A DNA stretch of 64,000 nucleotides, taken from Kiritimatiellia bacterium (GTDB lineage: Bacteria > Verrucomicrobiota > Kiritimatiellia > RFP12 > UBA1067). The stretch spans positions 1,264 to 65,263 of the forward strand of contig JAZQBR010000203.1 in the NCBI GenBank assembly GCA_045545855.1, written 5' to 3'. The notes beneath the pieces were generated by a model, which had not been told where the DNA came from, ran no database searches, and saw nothing but the letters and a program-made list of their open reading frames with translations. Shown piece by piece: positions 10,170 through 19,082 of this stretch; positions within the stretch are counted from its first letter, which is position 1, and every line of letters starts with the position of its first letter. The position numbers and the translations under genes were made by a program.

Positions 10170-10274
10170 CTCGAAATCCCTTGTTTGTCTTGTACCGGCG
10201 GCGGCTCCGCACACCTGTGCTGAACATGCCGACCATGCCTCTACATCATATATACACGCGACAACATCAAAAGG

Positions 10275-10730
10275 TTACACCTGCATCATGCGAAAATCTT
10301 CGTGTGATGCATCCTCCCGGACCTCAGACGGACGATAATCGGCGATTGCGCGGCTCCAGAACAGTGCCGTTTCGATGAAAGAGACGATTTTCTTCTCGAC
10401 ATCGTTGGCCAGTTCATCCGGAGATTCGTACTTTTGCAGGCGAAAGCGCTGCGCTGCGCTGTCGAGAGCGAGCGTGGCCCCTGCGGTCTGCGAAAAGAGG
10501 TTGTTGGCTTCCAGCAAGATCCGGCAAAGCCTTTCAGCGCCTTCCGGGGGCAGCCCGCCGAGGTCCGCCGACATCAGAACCAGATTCCTCTCGTCCTCGC
10601 TTTGAATCAGCACTCGCACCTTTGTACCGCCATCCTCGCTCGCCACCTCGAATGCTGTCGAATCTTCCACGACCTTGAGTTCAAGGTGGAATGCATTCTC
10701 CAATATTGATGCTATTTCTTCGAAAATCAT
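10275..10730 (-). CDS. Type III secretion class I chaperone-like protein (CesT/Tir-chaperone or YbjN-like fold)
   Basis: 152 aa from internal ATG (MIFEEIASILENAF...). Small acidic protein with the CesT-like pattern ...LCRILLEANNLFSQTAGATLALDSAAQRFRLQKYESPDELANDVEKKIVSFIETALFWS. Sits directly upstream of the candidate effector. Confidence 0.45.
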   Translation of the reverse strand: MIFEEIASILENAFHLELKVVEDSTAFEVASEDGGTKVRVLIQSEDERNLVLMSADLGGLPPEGAERLCRILLEANNLFSQTAGATLALDSAAQRFRLQKYESPDELANDVEKKIVSFIETALFWSRAIADYRPSEVREDASHEDFRMMQV

Positions 10731-10952
10731 GGTTTTGGTCTGGTTCTGTCTTGTTTCTCGCCTGCTCTTGCCTGCCAAGCGCGTATTATACCATAACTTG
10801 CGCCTGTTTGTCCATGTGCCGTAGATTATAGCTACGAATAATCAGACATATAAACACATTTATCCAATGAATAAATCAATCTTAAAGCACCTTATCCAAA
10901 CGAATCAACGCCGAAGCCCCGCTCGGTCAAACCAAACGGGGCTTCTTGATAC

Positions 10953-11030
10953 AGCAAAGGCCGCCCTCTCGGACGGCCCTCAAATGCAATCAGGTAAAAC
11001 TCACACCTCTCTCCAACTCCAACTCATCTC
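10953..11030. repeat. Left copy of ~78-bp direct repeat (AGCAAAGGCCGCCCTCTCGGACGGCCCTCAAATGCAATCAGGTAAAACTCACACC...)
   Basis: Near-identical copy at 12856..12932. The two copies bracket the Abi_2 gene and mark the high-GC to low-GC transition. Confidence 0.6.
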
Positions 11031-11300
11031 TCCAACTCCCAACTCCTCCACTCCTAACTCCCTCACTCCCACACTTCGCTACTCCCTCACGCCCCCACTC
11101 CTTCACGTCTCTCCACGCTTTCACCAAATTGACAAGTCCCTTCTTCCTCTGCACCCGGCTCACAAACAACAATACCTTCTTACCATCTGCACGCTCTACA
11201 CGGCTCAAACTCCCCCACTCCCTCTCTCCCACACTCTCAACTCTACATGTTTCTACACGTTCTACACGGCTATTTATATTCACCCCCAGCGGAGCGGCAA
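11000..11300. repeat. Strand-asymmetric CT-rich microsatellite-like array (AACTCC/CACTCC units)
   Basis: Runs of ctccaactccaactcatctctccaactcccaactcctccactcctaactccctcactcc. Overlapping ORFs (10946..11368, 10867..11424) are low-complexity artefacts. Confidence 0.6.
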
Positions 11301-11741
11301 ACGGCCAAGCGGCAACGCCCACGCGCCACCTCTTGCGCCCAGGCGCAAAAAGGCCCGGCTGGAGATGAATCCAACCGAGCCTCTTTACACCTGTTGCCAA
11401 TGGCAACAGCCAACGCCTTTTTAAGCAACTTTCTTCTCATCCCCCCTTGCGCCGCAAGAGATAATTCCGTACAATTACAACCAGCACGCCCTCGTAAGCC
11501 TCTGGAACTTCGGTTTCAAGCTCAAATTTCGAGGGTTTTCCATTATGCACAACATAATCCCACTACACTCGTCCGACACAATGATTGCACCCTGACACAA
11601 AGTCTCCACGCCACCCGATGGGCACATAGACAAATGCCTCGCGGGGCACTGAAACAGACCGACAAGAGACACATGACATCCTCATAACCAGCCGAAAGAA
11701 TCAAAAAACGCCCAACTTCTCACTTTTTCAAAGGCACCCCC

Positions 11742-11770
11742 TTGCGCCCAGCAAAAATTTTTGCTACAAT
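11742..11770 (+). promoter_or_regulatory. Candidate sigma70-type promoter for the Abi_2 gene (-35 TTGCGC, 17-bp spacer, TG-extended -10 TGCTACAAT)
   Basis: Read directly: cttgcgcccagcaaaaatttttgctacaat, located 37 bp upstream of the first ATG of ORF 11807..12856. Confidence 0.35.
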
Positions 11771-11806
11771 ACACTCAACATACGCGCCGGACCGCTTGCC
11801 CGCCTT

Positions 11807-12856
11807 GTGCGGGGAATGTCCATAAAGGGCGCGTTTCTTTCTATGCAGATAACAGTCAAATCATCATACCCCAAGGGCTGGCTTGACTATGACGGCCAAG
11901 TCGAGAAACTGAAGAAGCGAGGTCTGAAAATTGACGATGTGGAATTTGCCAAGCAGTTCCTTGCGTATTCCAACTACTACCGATTTACTGGCTACTGCCT
12001 CCGATTCCAGCACAAGGACGAATCCGGCGAGCGCGTGTTCAATGACGGTGTTTCCGTCTCCGACATAATCGACATCTACAAAATTGACAAAGGCCTCCGA
12101 GATTGTGTTTCAGATGCACTCGGAGCGATTGAGATTAGTTTCCGTTCCGCCGTTGCATACCATTTTGCGGAGGCACACGGGGCTTTTGGACATACGATAA
12201 AGGAAAATTTCGTCCGTCCATTCATAATGCGCCGGACAGATGCAAATGGTCGAGAGCAGCCATCCCCTTATGACGAGTGGCATGAGGGTCTTGTCTCTGA
12301 AACGCGGCGTTCAAATGAATTGTTCGTCAAACATTTTGAGGCGAAATATCTCCAGTTCCCCGATCTTCCTATCTGGACTGCGCTTGAGATATGCTCCTTC
12401 GGAACACTCTCCAAGATGTTCAAGAATATGCTGCGGTTTGACATGAGACCTATCGCCGCAAGATATTCTCTTCAACCTTCGACGCTGGATTCATGCATGC
12501 ATTCCTTCGTCTATGTCCGCAACATATGTGCGCACCATAGCAGACTGTGGGACAAGGAATTCGCCATATCTCCACAACTGCCGCCCGGCAGGAAATGGGA
12601 TGTCGTGCGCAATGCGAACAAAAAGTTGTATGCGGTAGCGATGTTGGTAAATTGGATGCTCGCGCATGATTTCTTCGGGAAAGCGATGCATTCAAACTGG
12701 AAGAAACGTTTTGAGACCGTCGTCGACTCTCTCTTCGATAGATTCCCAGAACTAGCACACCACACAGGTATTCCCGCCGACTGGAAGAACCAAGAAATTT
12801 GGTCTTCCATCAAGCCGGCTCAACCGCCCACGGAACCTAACCCATCTTCACTATAG
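11807..12856 (+). CDS. Abortive infection protein, Abi_2 family (AbiD/AbiF-like)
   Basis: Conserved Abi_2 block LEICSFGTLSKMFKNM and the signature VRNICAHHSRLWDKEF. Alternative start at 11843 (MQITVKSSYPKGW). Confidence 0.75.
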   Translation: MRGMSIKGAFLSMQITVKSSYPKGWLDYDGQVEKLKKRGLKIDDVEFAKQFLAYSNYYRFTGYCLRFQHKDESGERVFNDGVSVSDIIDIYKIDKGLRDCVSDALGAIEISFRSAVAYHFAEAHGAFGHTIKENFVRPFIMRRTDANGREQPSPYDEWHEGLVSETRRSNELFVKHFEAKYLQFPDLPIWTALEICSFGTLSKMFKNMLRFDMRPIAARYSLQPSTLDSCMHSFVYVRNICAHHSRLWDKEFAISPQLPPGRKWDVVRNANKKLYAVAMLVNWMLAHDFFGKAMHSNWKKRFETVVDSLFDRFPELAHHTGIPADWKNQEIWSSIKPAQPPTEPNPSSL

Positions 12857-12932
12857 AGCAAAGGCCGCCCTCTCGGACGACCCTTAAAAGCAATCAGGTG
12901 ATACTCACACCACTCTACAACTCCAACTCAAA
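12856..12932. repeat. Right copy of ~78-bp direct repeat
   Basis: GAGCAAAGGCCGCCCTCTCGGACGACCCTTAAAAGCAATCAGGTGATACTCACACC... matches 10953..11030 with a few substitutions. Confidence 0.6.
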
Positions 12933-13020
12933 ACTCATCCACTCCTAACTCCCCCACTCCTAACTCCCCCACTCTCAACTCCTCCACTCTCAACTCCCCC
13001 ACTCACTCACTTTATACTTC
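12900..13020. repeat. Second CT-rich microsatellite-like array (AACTCC/CACTCT units)
   Basis: ctccaactcaaaactcatccactcctaactcccccactcctaactcccccactctcaactcctccactctcaactcccccactcactcac. Confidence 0.6.
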
Positions 13021-13160
13021 CGCTCCTGCTCCTTGCGCTGCTCGTCGGGCGGGAGGGAGTCGAAGCGTCTGCACCAACGGCGATAGGCGATCGCGCCGGC
13101 AATCTCGATGCCAATGATAGCAACAACTACAACGCCAACTACAATCAGCACAATCTTCAT
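12990..13160 (-). CDS. Small single-pass membrane peptide (56 aa), translationally coupled to an upstream 37-aa peptide
   Basis: Manual translation gives MKIVLIVVGVVVVAIIGIEIAGAIAYRRWCRRFDSLPPDEQRKEQERKYKVSEWGS. Its ATG overlaps the stop of the preceding peptide (ATGA). Below the 60-aa cutoff of the ORF track. Confidence 0.35.
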   Translation of the reverse strand: MKIVLIVVGVVVVAIIGIEIAGAIAYRRWCRRFDSLPPDEQRKEQERKYKVSEWGS

Positions 13161-13273
13161 TTGGCTCCCTTATACTCCTTCGGCGGATTCAGAACGGCCA
13201 CAATTACGAAAACCACGCCAAGAAGCGCAACGCCCCCTAGCGCGACCTCAATGACATGAAATGCAAGTTTCAT
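13160..13273 (-). CDS. Small single-pass membrane peptide (37 aa)
   Basis: Manual translation gives MKLAFHVIEVALGGVALLGVVFVIVAVLNPPKEYKGAK. The stop overlaps the start of the 56-aa peptide. Confidence 0.3.
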
Positions 13274-13376
13274 GGTTAGACATCCTCTATGGATTCATTC
13301 CAAATATTATCGCCCTTACGCCTACGATTACGGGAACGGCCCCAAAGCAGAAGAAGGATAGGCCTAGGCAATTTAG

Positions 13377-13426
13377 AAATGATAAAACAGGTCAGACCTA
13401 TTTTATCATTTTAGTCTTCGCGGGGC
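13377..13426. repeat. 50-bp direct repeat copy 1 containing a 13-bp perfect-arm palindrome (GATAAAACAGGTC/AGACCTATTTTATC)
   Basis: aaatgataaaacaggtcagacctattttatcattttagtcttcgcggggc. A second copy lies at 13551..13600. Confidence 0.55.
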
Positions 13427-13550
13427 TTGACGCGATTGCGGCTCCCGCTGAAGGCTGCCGACAAAGAAGAGATAACGAAGATTTGATGTAGCGATATACG
13501 CCAAAAAAGCCGCGCGATGCGGGAGATTTCTGGATAATTGCGTATAGGAG

Positions 13551-13600
13551 AAATGATAAAATAGGTCAGACCTATTTTATCATTTTAGTCTTCGCAGGGC
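13551..13600. repeat. 50-bp direct repeat copy 2 with internal palindrome
   Basis: aaatgataaaataggtcagacctattttatcattttagtcttcgcagggc, 174 bp from copy 1. Confidence 0.55.
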
Positions 13601-13703
13601 GTGGCTGCATGGCGGCGTCTGTTGCGGCCCCAAAGAGAGGCTATGGTCACAAGCGTTGAATCGATCGTGAGGATAATTGCACCTAACACAAGAGCGATGA
13701 TCT

Positions 13704-14576
13704 TCATCGTGTGCATATCAAATCCTTTATTGCCGAACTGAGCATTGCAACTCTTTGGGCGGAAGTTCCATCCCTATAGCCACGCAAGTAAGTCAACCTG
13801 CCGCCATATGTATTGCCATCGCCCCACGCTGGGGCTCCGTCAGTGGTTATCACGCGCTTGTCGCGCTCAAGTGCCTCGGCGATGACGAGTCCAAAGTTCT
13901 CCGACAACGTTGGGAGAACAAGCACGTCACACCATTGATACGCCGCCTCTTTATCGGCATCACTGACAACACCTTTGAATTCTACGTTAAGACCACGGCG
14001 AGTGACAATCTTCTTGAGCTTCTTCCCTTCGCCCTCGTCTTTACCGATGATGACAAGTTTGCAATCAGTCGGCATCGCCTCAAGCAGATATTCAACACCC
14101 TTCAACGGATGCAACCGTCCAACATAAAGCAACTTTGCTTTGGAGGATTGCTCATATCCTGAACAAACTATCGGTGCTGAAAACGAGTCCATCTCGTCTG
14201 ATTTGTGTGCCAACCGGACAATCTCCACTCTCTTCACTTTTGGCTCGAACGCCTTGATCCATTCTACTTCATCCTCGCATGTTGCAACAATTCGATCTGC
14301 ATGGCGAAACAACCAACGCTCAATAGGCGCAACCCAGCGCTTCTTGTGCCAATGGTATCTCAGTTTCGTCGGGTCTGTGCAGCCATGCGGCATACGGACG
14401 AGTTTTTTACCTGTTAGCAACGTCTTGATGCTTGCTCTTATAACCAGCGGCGTCCACATGGAATGCACCCACACCTCGCCATCCTCGCCGACGCCACGCG
14501 CAACCAATTGTTTCGCCGCCACCGCAATCCCGCACGTCGGATCGTCAACTCCTGGTATTACATGATAAGCACTCAC
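13704..14576 (-). CDS. Glycosyltransferase, GT4 family (short form)
   Basis: C-terminal GT-B motifs LLYVGRLHPLKGVEYLL...CDVLVLPTLSENFGLVIAEALERDKRVITTD. Confidence 0.65.
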   Translation of the reverse strand: MSAYHVIPGVDDPTCGIAVAAKQLVARGVGEDGEVWVHSMWTPLVIRASIKTLLTGKKLVRMPHGCTDPTKLRYHWHKKRWVAPIERWLFRHADRIVATCEDEVEWIKAFEPKVKRVEIVRLAHKSDEMDSFSAPIVCSGYEQSSKAKLLYVGRLHPLKGVEYLLEAMPTDCKLVIIGKDEGEGKKLKKIVTRRGLNVEFKGVVSDADKEAAYQWCDVLVLPTLSENFGLVIAEALERDKRVITTDGAPAWGDGNTYGGRLTYLRGYRDGTSAQRVAMLSSAIKDLICTR

Positions 14577-15553
14577 TTTGCCGTCTCCGTCATCTCCATC
14601 GCCTTCTGTACCAGTTCTCCGACATCGCCGCTTTTGAAAAGCGTGATGCGCCCCGCGTGCCGTTCCGCCACAGCGACATTACCGGGATTGTCGCTGGCAA
14701 GAACAGGACGTCCGATTTGCAGATACTCAAACAGCTTGAGCGGATAATTCCATTTGAAGGCATATGTTGCCAAATATGGGACGACAAGCACATGACACCG
14801 CCTCAGCATCTCAAACGCCTCATTCTGCGGCATACGACCGGCAAAGACAATCGGGTCGCCTGCATTGCCGCTCGGAGGATTGCCAATCCACAAACATTTT
14901 TTGTCTGGCATACGCTTCATCGCTTCTGCCATCAACTGCCCCCCCTTGCCGATTTCCCAATTCGCAAGAACACCGAAATCAAACTCAAAACCATCTTCTT
15001 CTGCATGTTCCGACTTCTCAACATAATTCAAATCTATTTCTTCAAAAGCGTCCTGCATCCGCAATTCAACCTGTCCTTCACGCGGCTTGTAGCCGATTTC
15101 ATCCAAAAGGCCAGGATGAATATTCAAAACAAGTTTGTCGCACCGCTTGGCAAAAAATCTGAACGCAGCATCTATCGCCCAACGGATCGGCCGGAAACCG
15201 TCACGCCATCTCAGGCTCGGCGGATCCCAAAGAAACACCGTCCAATGGCAACCATAGCGTCGCTTCAATCGCCACCCGACAAGCATACACGGGAAATCAA
15301 ACCCTGTGAAAACCTTAACATCCCCCTGCGATTCAGCACCTCTGCGCTTCTGCGTTAAAACGTCGAAGACGTTGGCAAACCGAACAATCTCAACACACTT
15401 TTCTGCGATCTCCATTGGGACACGGCAATGCTCTGGCACATACAGCGTCGCAGCGTACCGCGTCGCCACCTCCAACGGCTTGCGATAGGCATTGGCATTT
15501 TTGGAATACCAGCCGATGTCGCAACGCGTAATGTAGACAGCCCGCTCTTTCAT
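14573..15553 (-). CDS. Glycosyltransferase, GT4-like
   Basis: 326 aa. C-terminal LKLFEYLQIGRPVLASDNPGNVAVAE resembles the GT4 EX7E region. Overlaps neighbouring genes by 4 bp on both sides. Confidence 0.55.
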   Translation of the reverse strand: MKERAVYITRCDIGWYSKNANAYRKPLEVATRYAATLYVPEHCRVPMEIAEKCVEIVRFANVFDVLTQKRRGAESQGDVKVFTGFDFPCMLVGWRLKRRYGCHWTVFLWDPPSLRWRDGFRPIRWAIDAAFRFFAKRCDKLVLNIHPGLLDEIGYKPREGQVELRMQDAFEEIDLNYVEKSEHAEEDGFEFDFGVLANWEIGKGGQLMAEAMKRMPDKKCLWIGNPPSGNAGDPIVFAGRMPQNEAFEMLRRCHVLVVPYLATYAFKWNYPLKLFEYLQIGRPVLASDNPGNVAVAERHAGRITLFKSGDVGELVQKAMEMTETAK

Positions 15554-15556
15554 TGG

Positions 15557-16369
15557 CTATATCCGCGCAACGCCATCCCACCTGGGATTCTTCCAGTACT
15601 TTCCGCCGCGCGTCAAAAGATGCCACAGGCCCCAACACTTCGGGCGCTTCCGGATGTTCGGCACCACTTGCCCGTCGGACAGCAACGTGTGCGTTGCGTC
15701 AAGAACATTCGGGCCGAAGTCGCGCAATCGATTGTTGCGCCTGTTCGCCAGGGCCTCTTCACCGGTCCATACCTGCCGCCGACCGCCCGCGACGTGCCCA
15801 TAATCATGGAACTGGTGTTCAACCCGAATCGCATAACTCGCATCAATAACCGGGATGCCCTTGCGCAGGCAATAGGCGACCAAAGCGTTATCGCAATACG
15901 CCCGACCCATCAGCGTCCGCGGCAAATCATGAAACATTCCGCGCCGGAAAACGAAATAATCCATACCGCTCGGCCGGTGCAATCGCTTGGCACCATCTTC
16001 CAGAATATCAATCCTCTGTCCTGTCAAAAGAAACTCGTGATCAAACACCTCTTGCCGCCACGCATCCATCTGCATCAGCAGCTGCCTGATTTGCCCTTTG
16101 TCAAAAAGAATATCGGCATTCGCATACATAAAGATGTCCGCATCGGAATCGCCCTCGACAGCCTGAACCATTTCGCTAAACGGAACCAGCGGCCCATCGA
16201 ATTCGATAATATCTGAAAGCATAAAGGCGTCATGCCAGTTCGCAAGCGAACGCGACTGAATATCATCCAAACGTTTCGATGGCCGCTTGAGAGACGTGAA
16301 AAGAGCAATCACCATTATCTTCGCTCCAAGGTTCTTTCGTTCGCAATCAGGCAATAATATAGTCATCAT
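15557..16369 (-). CDS. Putative nucleotide-sugar-dependent glycosyltransferase (GT-A-like) / hypothetical
   Basis: 270 aa with the acidic motif DSDADIFMYANADILFD (DxD-like). Sits within the GT operon. Confidence 0.4.
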   Translation of the reverse strand: MMTILLPDCERKNLGAKIMVIALFTSLKRPSKRLDDIQSRSLANWHDAFMLSDIIEFDGPLVPFSEMVQAVEGDSDADIFMYANADILFDKGQIRQLLMQMDAWRQEVFDHEFLLTGQRIDILEDGAKRLHRPSGMDYFVFRRGMFHDLPRTLMGRAYCDNALVAYCLRKGIPVIDASYAIRVEHQFHDYGHVAGGRRQVWTGEEALANRRNNRLRDFGPNVLDATHTLLSDGQVVPNIRKRPKCWGLWHLLTRGGKYWKNPRWDGVARI

Positions 16370-16384
16370 TCACATTCCGTCATT

Positions 16385-19054
16385 TCAAAGCAGAGCTTTA
16401 TTCTTATATCGATAAACAATTCTCTCAACATCGGACTTACATTCATTATCGTGCAGATATTCTCGCATCGTATAACGCCGATTTTCAGAACCAATCTTAT
16501 CTCGTGCCCTTAACAAGTATTTGCCTACCAATTCCCAAGCAGGCGGCAGTAGGAATCCATGTTCCTCAAAATATTTCACCACATCATCAAAACACTGCAT
16601 GCTTTTAAGTTCATGATAATTTACATCGACAACCCACGGATAATCTTCGTCTCTCAAGTTTTTCAAAAATGGCAACATCCAATGCAAAACCGGATCCAGA
16701 GATTTTCGCATTACAGCTTCCCAACGCGCATTGTACGAACCATAAATCTTTTCATTCCATTCACACACTTTAGAGAGCCACAGCCACTTCTCTCGCAAAA
16801 GCGTTTCATTGGGGTGCGCGTCCAACGGCATTTTTTGCACCTGTCTTGCAAACACTGTCAGTAGTCTATCATAATCAGCATCATTGCAAATGAGATGCAT
16901 ACCGTCATCTTCTCTATGATGCACCATGGGGCGATGATGGCCCCCGTCCTCTTTTTCCAACAACAACACCTGCAGTAGCAATAGCCCGTCATCGCAATCC
17001 TGATCCGCAAACATGCGATAGAGGAACGAACCTCTTTCGTGCTGATCTGGATAATATTTCCAAGTCAGCGTAACAAGGCACTCAAGCAGGTCGGCAAACA
17101 AAGCCCTCTCCAGATTCAAATAAGTAACAGGGTTCTCAATGTCGCTTATTTTATCGCCAAGCCTTGCAACCGCTATCTTTGCAAACGCCAAGAATACATT
17201 CGAGAGACGCACCATACTTTTCTTTTGCAGAAGATCCATATCGCTTTGAAGAGCATAAAAGAGCGGTCGCAGATAACCATTACCATAGAACTTCTGGATC
17301 AACTCTTCAATGCGCGGACCACACGGCTCGCTTGCGACCATCTGTACAAACTCTTCAACCTGTGCTTTGGGAATGGCGACGGACCGCTCGGTATACCCTG
17401 TAAAATAATTATCATAATACGACGAAACTACCATTCTGTAATCGCGCATCGCATCAATAGACTTATAAGTCACAGCCCAATATTCTTGCATCGAGTCGTT
17501 AGTGTCTTGTCGATAACTTGATTTGAAATGCAAGACATGTGTCAGAAACAGCCATGTCGCCTTCTTCTTGAACTTATCCCGCTCGCAAGAGAATAACGCC
17601 AATAATTCTTCTTCCTGCCGTTTTCCCTCAGCAAGCAACTCATCTTTCTCACGATACAGAGTCTCATACGTATCTGGATAAAAATATCCCAACAACGTCA
17701 ACGAGATAAAGTCATCCTCGCAAATGCAAGGCCGAGAGTGATTTTGAGGATTTGTGTACAGATAATATAACTGCGTGCCTACATAATCTGCACACTGCCG
17801 GACGTGACGCATTGTCTTTACGAGCAGCGGAATCATCTTGGCCGCGCATGAATTCTCGTCCAGCGCAGCCAGTCGTCTATCTTTAAGCATTTTCGAGATC
17901 AACTCCATCAGAAGATTCGGCAAGCGCTCTTTGGGCAGTTGCGGCAATTTAAAAGCAACTGGAAATATTTTCTCCAAGTACTCGTGCCCCGCGCCAATCT
18001 GATTGTCTTTGCAATCGCCAACGATCTCCCGCCCCAACGCCATCTCGACATGCTGCTGATCAGCCAAAACAAGATAGGTTACTCTCGGGAAGTCGCAGTT
18101 TGTCCGAATGAGTCGGATAAGCTCAATTATTTCTTTGTGCATCAGTCGATCTACGTCATCTATCACAACCACCAACCGCTGGTTTTCAGGCAGCATACAC
18201 AACATCTCTCTGACGCGCGACTCGAGCGCCGCCGTTCCTGAAAAAGCACGGACGCAAGAATTTAAAAAGTTGATACAACCAGATTGGGCCGTCAACGCCT
18301 CCCATAGGCTCGAACTAGAAAGTTTCGCACCCAGAAGTCGCAAATCCATCGCACCACCCGGCAATCCCAGGTTAACGACAGTGCTGGCAAGAGTATCGCA
18401 CAACTCAGCCGCATACCCTTCTTTGGCCCTACTCCCCCAGGGCGCAAAGCGCACGAGAAAGAAGTTTTGCTCAAAATTGCGCAGCCGATCATCCAGAATA
18501 TTCACGACACTCGTCTTACCTTCACCCCATGCGCCATAAAGTGCAATAAACGCCGCCTGCGGTTGCCGACACGATTCTTTGATGGCATGGATAATCGCAT
18601 CCACAAAAGGCAATCGGTCAAGACGGTCTTCCGATGCTTGCGTAATGGGCGCATCAATTCCTTGTGACTCCCCGACCAACAGACACTTATATGGATGAGA
18701 TGCCCTCAATCGTTTGATAGCTTGGATGATGCTAGAGGCCATCCATGTGATCGCTAGCACCAGTATTATGGCCATGGCGCATTGCAGCAAAAGGCTGTTG
18801 CCCATTTGCTGACACACGGTGACATAGCACGAAGACAGACGGCTAAGGAGCGCGTGGCAGGTGGCAACCGCCAGAAAGGCGCCCGCCGCGACACCGGCAT
18901 ACAGAACGATGAAGCCGAAATGCACGACTATAAATTTCAGTATAGCACACATTGTCTTTCCATAGCTAACGATGTAATGCATCATGGTCGCGATAAACTC
19001 ACACGCACAGCATCTCCACCCCATATTGCAAGAAGATTTCATCAACCAATCCAA
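16385..19054 (-). CDS. KAP-family P-loop NTPase with N-terminal transmembrane segments
   Basis: Walker A IALYGAWGEGKTSVVNIL (KAP-type GxWGxGKS/T), Walker B VVVIDDVDRL, and 3-4 N-terminal hydrophobic helices. A large 889-aa protein of lower GC than the flanks. Confidence 0.65.
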   Translation of the reverse strand: MDWLMKSSCNMGWRCCACEFIATMMHYIVSYGKTMCAILKFIVVHFGFIVLYAGVAAGAFLAVATCHALLSRLSSCYVTVCQQMGNSLLLQCAMAIILVLAITWMASSIIQAIKRLRASHPYKCLLVGESQGIDAPITQASEDRLDRLPFVDAIIHAIKESCRQPQAAFIALYGAWGEGKTSVVNILDDRLRNFEQNFFLVRFAPWGSRAKEGYAAELCDTLASTVVNLGLPGGAMDLRLLGAKLSSSSLWEALTAQSGCINFLNSCVRAFSGTAALESRVREMLCMLPENQRLVVVIDDVDRLMHKEIIELIRLIRTNCDFPRVTYLVLADQQHVEMALGREIVGDCKDNQIGAGHEYLEKIFPVAFKLPQLPKERLPNLLMELISKMLKDRRLAALDENSCAAKMIPLLVKTMRHVRQCADYVGTQLYYLYTNPQNHSRPCICEDDFISLTLLGYFYPDTYETLYREKDELLAEGKRQEEELLALFSCERDKFKKKATWLFLTHVLHFKSSYRQDTNDSMQEYWAVTYKSIDAMRDYRMVVSSYYDNYFTGYTERSVAIPKAQVEEFVQMVASEPCGPRIEELIQKFYGNGYLRPLFYALQSDMDLLQKKSMVRLSNVFLAFAKIAVARLGDKISDIENPVTYLNLERALFADLLECLVTLTWKYYPDQHERGSFLYRMFADQDCDDGLLLLQVLLLEKEDGGHHRPMVHHREDDGMHLICNDADYDRLLTVFARQVQKMPLDAHPNETLLREKWLWLSKVCEWNEKIYGSYNARWEAVMRKSLDPVLHWMLPFLKNLRDEDYPWVVDVNYHELKSMQCFDDVVKYFEEHGFLLPPAWELVGKYLLRARDKIGSENRRYTMREYLHDNECKSDVERIVYRYKNKALL

Positions 19055-19082
19055 CCTCTCTTCTAGTGCATGTCAATCGCCT

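Noticed and set aside
10867-11424. ORFs across the CT-rich microsatellite region (10867..11424, 10946..11368, 10990..11406)
   Set aside because: The translation is pure low-complexity (Pro/Ser/Thr/Leu runs) generated by AACTCC repeats, not a protein.
16559-18667. Several 60-160-aa plus-strand ORFs inside the KAP NTPase gene
   Set aside because: They are antisense to a long ORF with Walker motifs and have no independent support.
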